From contig CAZBGE010000002.1 in assembly GCA_964491435.1 (NCBI GenBank), positions 5,256 through 69,255 on the forward strand: DNA of 64,000 bases, given 5' to 3'. The DNA is from an uncultured Smithella sp. GTDB taxonomy: Bacteria; Desulfobacterota; Syntrophia; Syntrophales; Smithellaceae. Within the stretch, counting starts at the first letter, position 1. Each line of letters begins with the position of its first letter. Of this stretch, positions 49,800 through 59,235 are shown piece after piece. The translations under genes were made by a program, and so were the position numbers. A model generated the notes under the pieces. That model was not told where the DNA came from. It ran no database searches and worked only from the letters and a program-made list of their open reading frames with translations.

Positions 49800-51527
49800 A
49801 TGAGAAAGATATTTTTGTTGATTTTGATTCCTGCCATTCTTGCGGCAATGGCATTCTCATCAGGGGCGGCCTCCGTAAAAGAAGACACTGCTCAACTGAC
49901 TTTCAGCAAGACAGCCATCCCTAAAACACCCGCTCACGCTTATACAATTCAGAAAGATGACGTTCTTTCCGCAATTGTACGCCAAATACCCGGCGTTACC
50001 GAAAAGAAGATCCCGCATTATTATAGAATGATCCAGGAAATGAATCCCAATATTAAAGATTTAAACAAATTATATGCAGGACATAAGATCATGTTACCCG
50101 GTAAAGTTACCGTCGTGGCAAAGGATAAAATGGCAACCCCGGATAACGCTGCAAATCATCAAACATCGAAAATAGTTAGCTCCCAGATCTATCAGGTTAA
50201 AAAAGGCGACAATCTCATTCGCATTGCACACCGCGTGCTTCACATAAAATCCAACACACAAAAAACAATCCTTCTGATTCAATCATTGAATCCGGCGATT
50301 AAAAACGCCAACAGGATCTACATCGGGCAGGTTCTGCATCTGCCTGATCATCAAATGACCGCGAAACCGGGAGAACAAACGACAAAGGATGAAAATGTCA
50401 CGGGAGAATCAGAGCAGGTTATTTCCCGCAAGGAGGATTCCCCGGAGCAGCAGGCCAAAGAACCTGTTATTTTACCTCCCGAGGCGCGCCTTGACGTTAT
50501 CAAGCATGTCATCACGCAAATGAACGGAACCATGCTCACCAGCGGCAAGTACTATCTGCCTGTCTCCAAAACGGCCGGACAAATTACCATTGACTGTTCC
50601 CTCATTCCCGTAGTGGAAATGGATGATCGGACAACCTTATTTCTTGATTTTGATAATCGTTCCGGAAGCGATCTGAAGAAAATCATCAGCGAGCACATGA
50701 ACAATTACCATCTGGTGAAAATTGACGCCAAAGACAACGTTATTGCCGCATTGAGCAAAATATTAAAAAATACTAAAAACTATGAGATTACGAAAGCGCA
50801 AAACCCGGTCGCTGTTGGTTCAACTCCCTCTTTGGAAATGATCATGGACTGGCTGATCACAAAAAAAGGCTCAAAATCGTCTTCAGCGAAGACGCAGGGT
50901 TTGCGATTCGTTTATGAAAACAGCACCTTGTTGCCCCGGGCCATTGTAAATTATGCACGCCGGAATTCCTTCATCATCACGGAGATTTCTCCGGAAAAAG
51001 GACTCGTCGGCAAACCGGAAGAAATTTATTCTCTCCCTCCAGCCACGATTTTATCTACGGCATCCACCAGAGATTTCTCCCGGGACCTGCTTTCTTACCT
51101 GAACATCCCGGCTGAACAAGACATTGATGTGGCAGTCTTTAACATCGACAAGGATGGATTTAATCTATCGATAAAAGCCGACATTGTTGTGAAAAGAGGA
51201 GAAAAGAAAACGATTATTTTCTCGCGTCATCTGCCCCCGCAATTCGTCAATATTCTGGAAAAGGCCGGCAATGAACTTATTTTCATATCCGATCAGGATG
51301 AACCACTCAAAAAAATGGAAAAAATTCTGAATGGTTTTCATATTGCCTTTGCTCCCGGATATTTTACCTTTTCCGGACTGGAAAAAAATCATCCGCCTTA
51401 TTCTTTCGGTTTTAATGGCGCAAAAATCAAAACGGATAAGATTACTTACGTCGTAAATTTTGATTTTAATCAGGAGTTGCAGGGATTAATGCAGGAAGCG
51501 TGGTCGGCAAACATTATCCGGTATTGA
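49800..51527 (+). CDS. Secreted protein with two LysM domains and a ~350-aa C-terminal region of unknown function
   Basis: Signal peptide 'LLILIPAILAAMAFSSGAAS'. LysM-like 'YTIQKDDVLSAIVRQ...GHKIMLP' and 'YQVKKGDNLIRIAHR...GQVLHLP'. Confidence 0.65.
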   Translation: MRKIFLLILIPAILAAMAFSSGAASVKEDTAQLTFSKTAIPKTPAHAYTIQKDDVLSAIVRQIPGVTEKKIPHYYRMIQEMNPNIKDLNKLYAGHKIMLPGKVTVVAKDKMATPDNAANHQTSKIVSSQIYQVKKGDNLIRIAHRVLHIKSNTQKTILLIQSLNPAIKNANRIYIGQVLHLPDHQMTAKPGEQTTKDENVTGESEQVISRKEDSPEQQAKEPVILPPEARLDVIKHVITQMNGTMLTSGKYYLPVSKTAGQITIDCSLIPVVEMDDRTTLFLDFDNRSGSDLKKIISEHMNNYHLVKIDAKDNVIAALSKILKNTKNYEITKAQNPVAVGSTPSLEMIMDWLITKKGSKSSSAKTQGLRFVYENSTLLPRAIVNYARRNSFIITEISPEKGLVGKPEEIYSLPPATILSTASTRDFSRDLLSYLNIPAEQDIDVAVFNIDKDGFNLSIKADIVVKRGEKKTIIFSRHLPPQFVNILEKAGNELIFISDQDEPLKKMEKILNGFHIAFAPGYFTFSGLEKNHPPYSFGFNGAKIKTDKITYVVNFDFNQELQGLMQEAWSANIIRY

Positions 51528-51604
51528 GTTTTGTTTTGAACATTCATCCAAGCAAACGTATGTCTTTCCGCAGCGCTGTTCTCCCTCCAGAGGATTTTTG
51601 AATT

Positions 51605-52576
51605 ATGGTAAAAGCAATCGCCCTTCTGTCCGGCGGTCTGGACAGCATTTTAGCCGTCAAGCTGGCGCAGCATCAAAACATAGACGTTACGGGGCTGGCC
51701 TTTACGACTCCTTTCTTCAGCGCGGCAAAAGCGCAGGCGGCAGCCAACCAGATCAACTTGCCTCTGATCATTGAAGACATTACAGATGAACATTTGCGGA
51801 TGCTCAAATCGCCGCGGTACGGCTACGGCAAAAACATGAACCCCTGCATTGACTGCCATACACTGATGTTGAAAATTGCCGGCGGAAAAATGGCGGCAAG
51901 AGGCGCTGATTTCCTGATCACCGGTGAAGTTCTTGGCCAGCGTCCCATGTCGCAGACCAAACAGTCTCTTTATGTGGTTGCGAAAAATTCCGGATACGCC
52001 GACTATATTTTACGTCCGCTTTCCGCGCACTTGCTTGATCCCACCAAGGCCGAACGCGAAGGAAAAATCGACCGCGCCCGGCTCCTGTCTATTTCCGGAC
52101 GAGGACGCAAAGAACAAATGCGTCTGGCTGAAGAATTTGGAATCCGCGTATACCCCCCTCCCGCCGGAGGCTGTCTGCTGACGGATCCGATTTTCTCCGT
52201 CCGGTTGCGGGATCTGATGTCTCATGCCGAAGACAGGCAAATCCGCGATTATGAGCTGCTAAAGTATGGACGGCATTTTCGTGCGGAAGATTTCGGTAAA
52301 ATTATTGTCGGCAGAAACAAATCCGACAATGAAGCGCTGAGCAAGCTGGCCACGGACGACGATCTGGTTTGCAATGTGGCTGATTTTCCGGGACCTTGCG
52401 TCTTCGTCCCTTATGGCAATCCATCGGCAATGGCGACAGCCGCCGCGCTGTGCGTCCGCTACTCCGATGCTCCCGCCGGTATGGAAGCCAGTGTCGTCTG
52501 CCGGCATAAAAACAAAGCCTTTGCCCTTCAAGCCAGGGCTATTTCCAGGGAAGATTGCGAACGCTGGATTATTTGA
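51605..52576 (+). CDS. PP-loop ATP pyrophosphatase (ThiI/MnmA-like tRNA sulfurtransferase family)
   Basis: PP-loop 'ALLSGGLDS' at the N-terminus, 'NPCIDCH' and 'ITGEVLGQRPMSQ'. The exact subfamily is not resolved. Confidence 0.6.
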   Translation: MVKAIALLSGGLDSILAVKLAQHQNIDVTGLAFTTPFFSAAKAQAAANQINLPLIIEDITDEHLRMLKSPRYGYGKNMNPCIDCHTLMLKIAGGKMAARGADFLITGEVLGQRPMSQTKQSLYVVAKNSGYADYILRPLSAHLLDPTKAEREGKIDRARLLSISGRGRKEQMRLAEEFGIRVYPPPAGGCLLTDPIFSVRLRDLMSHAEDRQIRDYELLKYGRHFRAEDFGKIIVGRNKSDNEALSKLATDDDLVCNVADFPGPCVFVPYGNPSAMATAAALCVRYSDAPAGMEASVVCRHKNKAFALQARAISREDCERWII

Positions 52577-54104
52577 TGGGTCCGCCGCCTTTGTGTTGCG
52601 GTCTCAAGAGATCGTAAACTGTTTTGACCGGATTGAAAACCGCAACCGGAAGTTCCACAAAGACCGTGTTCCAATAAGCCATGCCGCCGTTCCAGAGGCC
52701 GGGCATCTCCTGGACCTTGAGGCGGCGTCCCTTTTCCGTTTTGAGACTGATTAAATAAGCATCCTTGTTGACGTAATTGGCCAAAGCAAATTTCTTTCCA
52801 AGATAATTCCTGGTGCAGCATACCATGTCGACCGGATTAAAATAAGAAGCCCGCGACCAGATTTCCTTCTGTAAAGCCCGACGATGATTGACATGAGCTG
52901 ATTCCACGATCTGCAATGTTTGCGATTTGTCTTTTTCCTGAACCCAGAAAGGACCGCCGCCCGGTTCGCCTTCATTTTTGACCATCCCGCAAATACGCAG
53001 CGGGCGGTTCAATTGTAAAAACAACTGTCTTTTTTTCCCGGCTGGTTTCAACCGTGAAAATCCACCGGAAAAACTCACTTGAAGCTCAGAGCGGCAAAAG
53101 TCAGTCATGACTTCAAAATCCCCGGAATTGAGTTGATTGCTTGCCAGACATCGTAACATTTCAAAAATGGACTGACGCAATTTCAGCGCCAGGCCACCCA
53201 GCATTTTTTGGTAAGGCAGTATTTTCTTTTGCAGTATATCAGGCGCAATATTATCGATATTTTTAACAAAAATAAGATCGGCATATAATGATTGAAAATT
53301 TTCCAGCAAAGCTCCGTGTCCGCCGGGACGGAAAACCAGGCGGCCTTCGTCGTCCCGAAAAGGCAGATTCCTTTCATCGACGGCCACGATATTTGTCGCC
53401 GGAGACTGTACGGATAAATCAATTCGAAATTTAACACCGTAATAATTTTCATATTTTGGAACAATTGCGCTGAGCAAATCCTTGATGATTTTATAATGGT
53501 CTGCTGAAACCGTAAAGTGCAGGCGGCAAAACTCTCCGTGATTACCGTTCAGGAGGTTTGCGGCTTCCCCAATATGTTCTTCCAGGGCCGTCCGGACATC
53601 ATTGTTCCGGTAGACGTGGAACGGAATCAGCGCCTTGGGCAGACTGCCAAAATGAAGGCCGGAAGTAAGAATATAATCCAGGACAGCCTGAATATCCTTT
53701 TTCTTGATCATCAAACGAACTGCTTCTTGTTCCTCAAGAATCGGGGAAAAAGGCATTTTTTTCAAATCAGCCCAAAATGCCCTGTCCAGCCCGGCATTGC
53801 CGAAACCTCCCCGCTGAGCTGCGGCAAACCACGAGGCAAACATGCGGCTGGCCGCGCCCGAGGCCGGCACAAATTTTAATATCCGGCATTGAGCGGCTTT
53901 GTCATTATACAGTTTAATCAGCTGATTACGTTCGAAAGTGGTAAAAGATCGAATCCCGTCGCCCGGACGGCAAGGGCGAATGAGCTTCAGAAAAGACGGC
54001 TCACGCTGGTAGGTTTCCAGTTGCTTATTCACCTCCGGCGGCGTCAACCCCAGCGATTTGATCTGGGCAATATCTATTTTTGAAAAAGAATGTTTTTCCA
54101 CCAT
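52569..54104 (-). CDS. Conserved hypothetical protein, DUF4301-like (nucleotidyltransferase-like fold suspected)
   Basis: 511 aa. N-terminus 'FSKIDIAQIKSLGLTPPEVNKQLETYQ...FLKLIRP' and 'KFVPASGAASRMF' resemble DUF4301 / UDP-sugar pyrophosphorylase-like proteins (recalled). There is an 8-nt convergent overlap with the PP-loop gene. Confidence 0.5.
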   Translation of the reverse strand: MVEKHSFSKIDIAQIKSLGLTPPEVNKQLETYQREPSFLKLIRPCRPGDGIRSFTTFERNQLIKLYNDKAAQCRILKFVPASGAASRMFASWFAAAQRGGFGNAGLDRAFWADLKKMPFSPILEEQEAVRLMIKKKDIQAVLDYILTSGLHFGSLPKALIPFHVYRNNDVRTALEEHIGEAANLLNGNHGEFCRLHFTVSADHYKIIKDLLSAIVPKYENYYGVKFRIDLSVQSPATNIVAVDERNLPFRDDEGRLVFRPGGHGALLENFQSLYADLIFVKNIDNIAPDILQKKILPYQKMLGGLALKLRQSIFEMLRCLASNQLNSGDFEVMTDFCRSELQVSFSGGFSRLKPAGKKRQLFLQLNRPLRICGMVKNEGEPGGGPFWVQEKDKSQTLQIVESAHVNHRRALQKEIWSRASYFNPVDMVCCTRNYLGKKFALANYVNKDAYLISLKTEKGRRLKVQEMPGLWNGGMAYWNTVFVELPVAVFNPVKTVYDLLRPQHKGGGPIK

Positions 54105-54126
54105 CCACTATCCGCCATCCACTATC
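54101..54126. repeat. Tandem copies (14-nt period) of CCATCCACTATC(C), overlapping the start codon of the divergent DUF4301-like gene
   Basis: CCATCCACTATCC at 54101..54113 and CCATCCACTATC at 54115..54126. Two TATCAACTA copies follow at 54123..54131 and 54134..54142. Confidence 0.8.
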
Positions 54127-54217
54127 AACTAAATATCAACTATCCCTCGCTTTGACAAGCCTAAAATAATAGCGGGCAGTGATACAGCTCCATGCTGAAA
54201 AAACCATGGATTGTGTC

Positions 54218-54246
54218 TTGACGCAGCGAAGCTTTTCAAGTAGTAA
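54218..54246 (+). promoter_or_regulatory. Possible sigma70-like promoter for the liv operon
   Basis: TTGACG (54218..54223), 17-nt spacer, TAGTAA (54241..54246). ATG 54278 is preceded by GGAG. Confidence 0.35.
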
Positions 54247-54277
54247 ATTTGCACTATCTTCTTACGGAGTAAAAACA

Positions 54278-55402
54278 ATGAAAAGCAGACTTGTTTTCCG
54301 ATGGATTTTAATCCCCGTTTTTTTAATAACTTTCGCCGCCGCCACAAGCTTTGGCGCTGAAAACATAAAAATCGGCGTTGCCGGGGCTCACACGGGAGAC
54401 TTGGCTTCTTACGGCCTGCCCACGGTCCGGGCAGTCGAGATGATCGTCAAAAAAATAAATGCTCAAGGAGGGATTTCTGGCAGAAAATTGCAGCTTTTGA
54501 TTCAAGATGAAGCCTGCAAGCCAGAACTGGCGACCAATGCCGCCACAAAACTGGTTTCCGCCAAAGCGGACGCCATCATCGGTCACATTTGCAGCGGCGC
54601 GACCAAAGCGGCCTTGCGCACTTATAAAGATGCGAACATCATCGTCGTTTCACCTTCCGCAACCAGCCCGGAACTGACTATTTCCGGACGGTATCCGAAC
54701 TTCCACCGCACCATCGCTCCCGATGACGCACAGGCCAGGCTGGTGGTGGATTTTGCCATTCAAAAGCTAAAACTGAAAAATTTTGCCGTCATCCACGACA
54801 AAGGCGATTATGGCAAAGGCTTTGCAGAATACGCGAAAAAATTCCTTGAACAATCTCGAGTCGCAAAAATTGTTCTTTACGAAGGCATTACCCCCGGCGC
54901 CGTGGATTATTCCGCCATTGTTCAGAAAATCAGGTATTCCGGCGCGGACGCGGTTATTTACGGCGGTTACCACCCGGAAGCGGCATCCGTTATTCAACTC
55001 ATGCGCAGAAGAGGAATGAAGACCGTTTTTATTTCCGACGACGGGGTTAAAGATCAAACCTTCATCAAAGTGGCCGCCAGTTCCGCCGAAGGCGTTTACG
55101 CCTCCGGACCCAAGGACACAGCGAAAAACCCGTTGGCCATCGCCGCAATTGAGGAGCATAAAAGAACCTACGGCACAGAACCGGGAGCTTTCTATCTAAA
55201 CGCTTACAGCGCGATGCTGGCGGTTGTCAATGCGCTGTCCAAGGCAAAATCCACCGATTACAAGGCTGTGCACAAGGCTCTGCGCACCTATCCGGCAGAC
55301 ACGCCGCTGGGAAAAATAAAATTTAACGATAAAGGCGACGCCATCGGCGTCGGTTTTTCCATGTATCAGGTGCGCAAGGGCGCATACGTGGAACTGAAAT
55401 AG
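54278..55402 (+). CDS. livK: Branched-chain amino acid ABC transporter substrate-binding protein
   Basis: Signal peptide 'WILIPVFLITFAAATSFGAE'. LivJ/K-type 'IKIGVAGAHTGDLASYG' and 'GHICSGAT'. The internal ATG was chosen over the 5'-extended ORF. Confidence 0.85.
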   Translation: MKSRLVFRWILIPVFLITFAAATSFGAENIKIGVAGAHTGDLASYGLPTVRAVEMIVKKINAQGGISGRKLQLLIQDEACKPELATNAATKLVSAKADAIIGHICSGATKAALRTYKDANIIVVSPSATSPELTISGRYPNFHRTIAPDDAQARLVVDFAIQKLKLKNFAVIHDKGDYGKGFAEYAKKFLEQSRVAKIVLYEGITPGAVDYSAIVQKIRYSGADAVIYGGYHPEAASVIQLMRRRGMKTVFISDDGVKDQTFIKVAASSAEGVYASGPKDTAKNPLAIAAIEEHKRTYGTEPGAFYLNAYSAMLAVVNALSKAKSTDYKAVHKALRTYPADTPLGKIKFNDKGDAIGVGFSMYQVRKGAYVELK

Positions 55403-55418
55403 GCGCGTAGTGCACGGT

Positions 55419-55431
55419 GGATAGTGGATGG
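55419..55431. repeat. Inverted copy (GGATAGTGGATGG) of the 13-nt motif found upstream of livK
   Basis: Exact reverse complement of 54101..54113. It lies 16 nt after the livK stop, in the livK-livH spacer. Confidence 0.8.
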
Positions 55432-55490
55432 CATCACCATAAACCATCGAAACATTTGTTCATACCCGTGCTTGGACGAAACAGAAGACC

Positions 55491-56393
55491 ATGAATTATT
55501 TCTGGGACTTATTCTTGGGAGGACTGACTCGCGGCAGTATTTACGCCCTGATCGCCCTGGGCTACACGATGGTTTACGGCATCTTGCAGCTGATCAACTT
55601 CGCCCACGGCGAAATATACATGATCGGGGCTTTCACCGCGCTCATCGTGGCGTCCGTGCTGACGATGAAAGGTATGACCGGTTTATCCGTGCTGATAGTC
55701 GCCGGCGTCGTCGCGGTGCTCTACTCGGCCGCCTACGGCTTTACCGTGGAAAAAATCGCCTATAAACCGCTGCGTCAGGCATCGCGCCTGTCCCCGCTCA
55801 TCAGCGCCATCGGTATGTCCATCTTTTTGCAAAATTACGTCATGCTGGCCCAGACTTCCGATTTCCTCCCCTTCCCCAGCCTGCTTCCGCAGTCTGATTT
55901 GCTGGACAGTATCAGCCACATCATCGGTCCTTCCGACTTCATCATTATTCTGACCTCCGCAGTCGTCATGATCGCCCTTTCCCTTCTTCTGAAATTTACC
56001 AAAATGGGCAAAGCCATGCGGGCGACGGCCCAGGATCAGCAAATGGCGCTGCTGACCGGCGTAAATATCAACCGCGTCATCTCCATAACCTTTATCATCG
56101 GATCGTCACTGGCAGCCTTGGGCGGCATTCTGATCGCCTCCCATGTCGGACGAATCAATTTTTACATCGGCTTTAACGCGGGCATCAAGGCCTTTACAGC
56201 CGCGGTGCTGGGCGGTATCGGCAGCATTCCCGGCGCCATGCTGGGCGCCCTGGCGCTGGGCATGGCGGAAAGCTTCGGGACGGGCTACATTTCCAGCGAT
56301 TATGAATCCGTCTTCGCCTTTGCCTTTCTTATTCTGATTTTAATTTTCAAACCGGACGGCATTCTGGGACGGTCATCCCAGCAAAAAGTGTAA
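55491..56393 (+). CDS. livH: Branched-chain amino acid ABC transporter permease LivH
   Basis: 300 aa, polytopic, with motifs 'GSIYALIALGYTMVYG', 'INFAHGE', 'GKAMRATAQD'. Confidence 0.9.
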   Translation: MNYFWDLFLGGLTRGSIYALIALGYTMVYGILQLINFAHGEIYMIGAFTALIVASVLTMKGMTGLSVLIVAGVVAVLYSAAYGFTVEKIAYKPLRQASRLSPLISAIGMSIFLQNYVMLAQTSDFLPFPSLLPQSDLLDSISHIIGPSDFIIILTSAVVMIALSLLLKFTKMGKAMRATAQDQQMALLTGVNINRVISITFIIGSSLAALGGILIASHVGRINFYIGFNAGIKAFTAAVLGGIGSIPGAMLGALALGMAESFGTGYISSDYESVFAFAFLILILIFKPDGILGRSSQQKV

Positions 56394-56406
56394 AAGTGTT
56401 TTCGAC

Positions 56407-57618
56407 ATGAAATTTGCGGAAGAAATTAAACGATCTATCTACATTGCCCTCTGGCTGATGCTGCTGACATTTCCCATTATCGTCATTAAAGTCAACACCA
56501 TCGACAATGTCATCCTTTGGCGCTGGGGCAACATTGCGGGCATCGGCCTGTCCGCCTTTTTTCTTTCATTTTTCTGGCAGCTTTATCTTCGCAAAAAAAG
56601 CCCGGAAAAAAGCGCGGCCGCGGAAAAGGAATCCTCTGTCCGCCTCCTGCTGGAAAACCCGAAAATCTATCGCCCCGCACTGCTCATCATCGCCTCTTTC
56701 GCGCTGGTTTTTCCCTTTGTCGCATCTCATTATCAAATCAACGTCATGACCACCGCTCTTATTTACGTGATGCTGGGACTGGGCCTGAACATCGAGGTTG
56801 GCCTGGCCGGACTTCTGGATTTGGGTTATGTCGCCTTTTACGCCGTGGGCGCATACAGCTATGCTCTTTTAAATTATCATTTTGGCTTGGGCTTTTGGGT
56901 GCTCCTGCCGGCGGGCGCTCTTCTGGCCGCTTTTTTCGGCATTCTGGTGGGATTGCCTGTTTTAAGATTGAGCGGAGATTATCTGGCAATTGTGACACTG
57001 GCCTTTGCCGAGATTCTTCGGCTGGTGCTGGAAAACTGGAATGACTTCTCCTTTGGCCCCAGCGGCATCTCCAACATTCCGCGGCCGGGACTGTTCGGCA
57101 TCCCTCTGACGCCAGAACAATCGGCGGTTTATCTGTATTTTATTCTGATTGCTCTATGCCTGCTGACGATTTTTGTCATTTACCGTCTGCAGCATTCCCG
57201 CATCGGCCGCGCCTGGGTGGCCATGCGCGAAGATGAGCTGGCCTGTCAGGCTATGGGCATTGACAAAACAAAAGCCAAACTTGCCGCCTTCGCCCTGGGC
57301 GCAACCTGGGCGGGGATGGCGGGCGTTCTTTTCGCCGCAAAAACAACATTCATCAACCCGGCAAGTTTTACCTTTCTGGAATCGGCCATGATCCTGGCGA
57401 TTGTTGTTCTGGGGGGTATGGGCTCCATTTTAGGCGTCATTACGGCGGCCCTGGCCATCATTTTACTTCCGGAATATCTGCGCGTTTTCAGCGACTACCG
57501 GATGATTCTTTTTGGCGCGGCGCTGATTCTGGTCATGATTTTCCGGCCGGGCGGACTAATGGCCGAAAAGCGCAGGCAATATCAATTTCAGCAAGCAGAC
57601 ATTGAAGAAAAAACCTGA
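56407..57618 (+). CDS. livM: Branched-chain amino acid ABC transporter permease LivM
   Basis: 403 aa, polytopic, with motifs 'GLNIEVGLAGLLDLGYVAFYAVGAY' and 'GRAWVAMREDE'. Confidence 0.9.
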   Translation: MKFAEEIKRSIYIALWLMLLTFPIIVIKVNTIDNVILWRWGNIAGIGLSAFFLSFFWQLYLRKKSPEKSAAAEKESSVRLLLENPKIYRPALLIIASFALVFPFVASHYQINVMTTALIYVMLGLGLNIEVGLAGLLDLGYVAFYAVGAYSYALLNYHFGLGFWVLLPAGALLAAFFGILVGLPVLRLSGDYLAIVTLAFAEILRLVLENWNDFSFGPSGISNIPRPGLFGIPLTPEQSAVYLYFILIALCLLTIFVIYRLQHSRIGRAWVAMREDELACQAMGIDKTKAKLAAFALGATWAGMAGVLFAAKTTFINPASFTFLESAMILAIVVLGGMGSILGVITAALAIILLPEYLRVFSDYRMILFGAALILVMIFRPGGLMAEKRRQYQFQQADIEEKT

Positions 57619-57632
57619 AGGATAATCGGATC

Positions 57633-58436
57633 ATGGAAAACATTCTGGATGTCAGCGAACTCTCCATGGATTTCGGGGGTCTTCGGGCCCTGGAGAAAGT
57701 CGATCTATACATCCGTCAGGGAGAAATTGCGGCGCTGATCGGTCCCAACGGCGCGGGAAAAACCACATTGTTTAACTGTCTGACCGGAATCTACAAACCG
57801 ACGGCGGGCAAAATCATTCTGTATCCGCCTAAAAGCAAACCCAGAAAACTCAACGGATTAAAAATCAACACCATCGCAAAGCTGGGCATGGCCCGCACCT
57901 TCCAGAACATCCGTCTTTTCGGTGGCATGACCGTTTTGGAAAATGTGATGGTGGGACGCCACTGCCGGTCCGGAGCGGGACTTCTGGGCGCCATTTTTCG
58001 TCCACCCGCCACACGAAACGAAGAAAAAGAAATCGTCCGGAAAAGTTATGGCATTCTTGAATATATGGGACTGGCCGGACAGGTCAACGAACTTTCGCGA
58101 AATCTGCCCTACGGCGCACAGCGCCGTCTGGAAATCGCACGCGCCCTGGCCACCGAGCCGGTTTTGCTGCTTCTGGACGAACCGGCCGCGGGAATGAATC
58201 CGCAGGAAACCAACGAATTGGACAGCCTGATTTCCCAGCTTCAAAAAGATTTTCAACTATCCATTCTGCTGATCGAACACGATATGAAACTGGTCATGAA
58301 TCTGGCGCAAAACATCTTCGTGCTGGACTATGGCAAAGAAATCGCCCGGGGAACACCTCAGGAAGTCCGGGAAAATCCAGCCGTCATCAAAGCCTATCTG
58401 GGAGAGGAAGAAGGGCCCGATGCTGAAATTAGTTGA
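57633..58436 (+). CDS. livG: Branched-chain amino acid ABC transporter ATP-binding protein LivG
   Basis: Walker A 'GPNGAGKTT', signature-like 'LPYGAQRRLEIARAL', Walker B '[10 protein letters not shown]', and 'LIEHDM'. Confidence 0.9.
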   Translation: MENILDVSELSMDFGGLRALEKVDLYIRQGEIAALIGPNGAGKTTLFNCLTGIYKPTAGKIILYPPKSKPRKLNGLKINTIAKLGMARTFQNIRLFGGMTVLENVMVGRHCRSGAGLLGAIFRPPATRNEEKEIVRKSYGILEYMGLAGQVNELSRNLPYGAQRRLEIARALATEPVLLLLDEPAAGMNPQETNELDSLISQLQKDFQLSILLIEHDMKLVMNLAQNIFVLDYGKEIARGTPQEVRENPAVIKAYLGEEEGPDAEIS

Positions 58437-59127
58437 TGTTGAAACCCGCTACGGCGGAATCCGCGCTCTGAAAGGCATCTCTCTTTCGGTCACTCCGGGA
58501 GAAATCGTGGCTCTCATCGGGTCCAACGGAGCAGGAAAATCCACCACGCTCATGTCCATCTCAGGTATCACACCCGTTCACAGCGGACAGATCCTTTTTA
58601 ACAACAGCCAGATTGAAAAAACCAATCCCGACAAAATCGTTGCTCTGGGAATTTCTCAAGTTCCCGAAGGCAGGCACATTTTTCCTAAACTGAGTGTGCT
58701 GGAAAATCTGGAAATGGGCACCTTCCTGCGTAACGATCATGCGGATATCAAAAAGGATTTTGCCTACATCTATGAGCTTTTCCCCATCCTGCATGATCGG
58801 CGGCATCAGCAGGGCGGAACCCTGAGCGGCGGCGAGCAGCAAATGCTGGCCATTTCCCGCGCACTGATGGCGCGTCCTAAATTACTCTTGCTGGATGAGC
58901 CTTCGCTGGGACTTTCACCTTTAATGACCAAACTGATTTTTTCCATCCTGACCCGAATCAACGCCGAACACGGCACCACCATCTTTCTTGTGGAGCAAAA
59001 CGCCTTCATGGCGCTGAAACTCTCCCACCGCGCCTACGTGCTGGAAAACGGCAGCATCACCATGGAAGGAAAAGCTTCCGACCTGCTGCACAACGAAGAC
59101 ATCAAAAAAGCCTATCTGGGGATTTGA
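58161..59127 (+). repeat. Copy A of a diverged ~0.97-kb direct repeat (3' third of livG plus all of livF)
   Basis: Aligns colinearly, at a constant offset of 4603 nt, with 62764..63730. Similarity ends at the livF stop codon on the right. Confidence 0.85.
58420..59127 (+). CDS. livF: Branched-chain amino acid ABC transporter ATP-binding protein LivF
   Basis: Walker A 'GSNGAGKST', signature 'LSGGEQQML', Walker B '[11 protein letters not shown]'. ATG 58420 overlaps the livG end by 17 nt. Confidence 0.9.
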   Translation: MLKLVDVETRYGGIRALKGISLSVTPGEIVALIGSNGAGKSTTLMSISGITPVHSGQILFNNSQIEKTNPDKIVALGISQVPEGRHIFPKLSVLENLEMGTFLRNDHADIKKDFAYIYELFPILHDRRHQQGGTLSGGEQQMLAISRALMARPKLLLLDEPSLGLSPLMTKLIFSILTRINAEHGTTIFLVEQNAFMALKLSHRAYVLENGSITMEGKASDLLHNEDIKKAYLGI

Positions 59128-59235
59128 AAAGAATATCACCAAACTTTGATTTGCTTAAAAATCGGCCTACCTAATTCCTTACAGGGTCATAGGATACCCC
59201 TAATGACGAACTTAAAATATGCAGTCGCTGCCGCT

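Noticed and set aside
55424-55765. 113-aa ORF starting at a GTG inside the downstream 13-nt motif and overlapping livH out of frame
   Set aside because: The product is Arg/Asp/His-rich and low-complexity. The livH frame encodes a canonical permease. The ATG inside the motif (55427) opens only a 4-codon ORF.
59128-59235. att sites, terminal inverted repeats or target-site duplications at the island edges. I also checked 62504..62640 and 63731..63882.
   Set aside because: I could find no short direct or inverted repeats shared between the edges, and no integrase, transposase or tRNA. The only repeat is the 0.97-kb livG'/livF paralogous segment.
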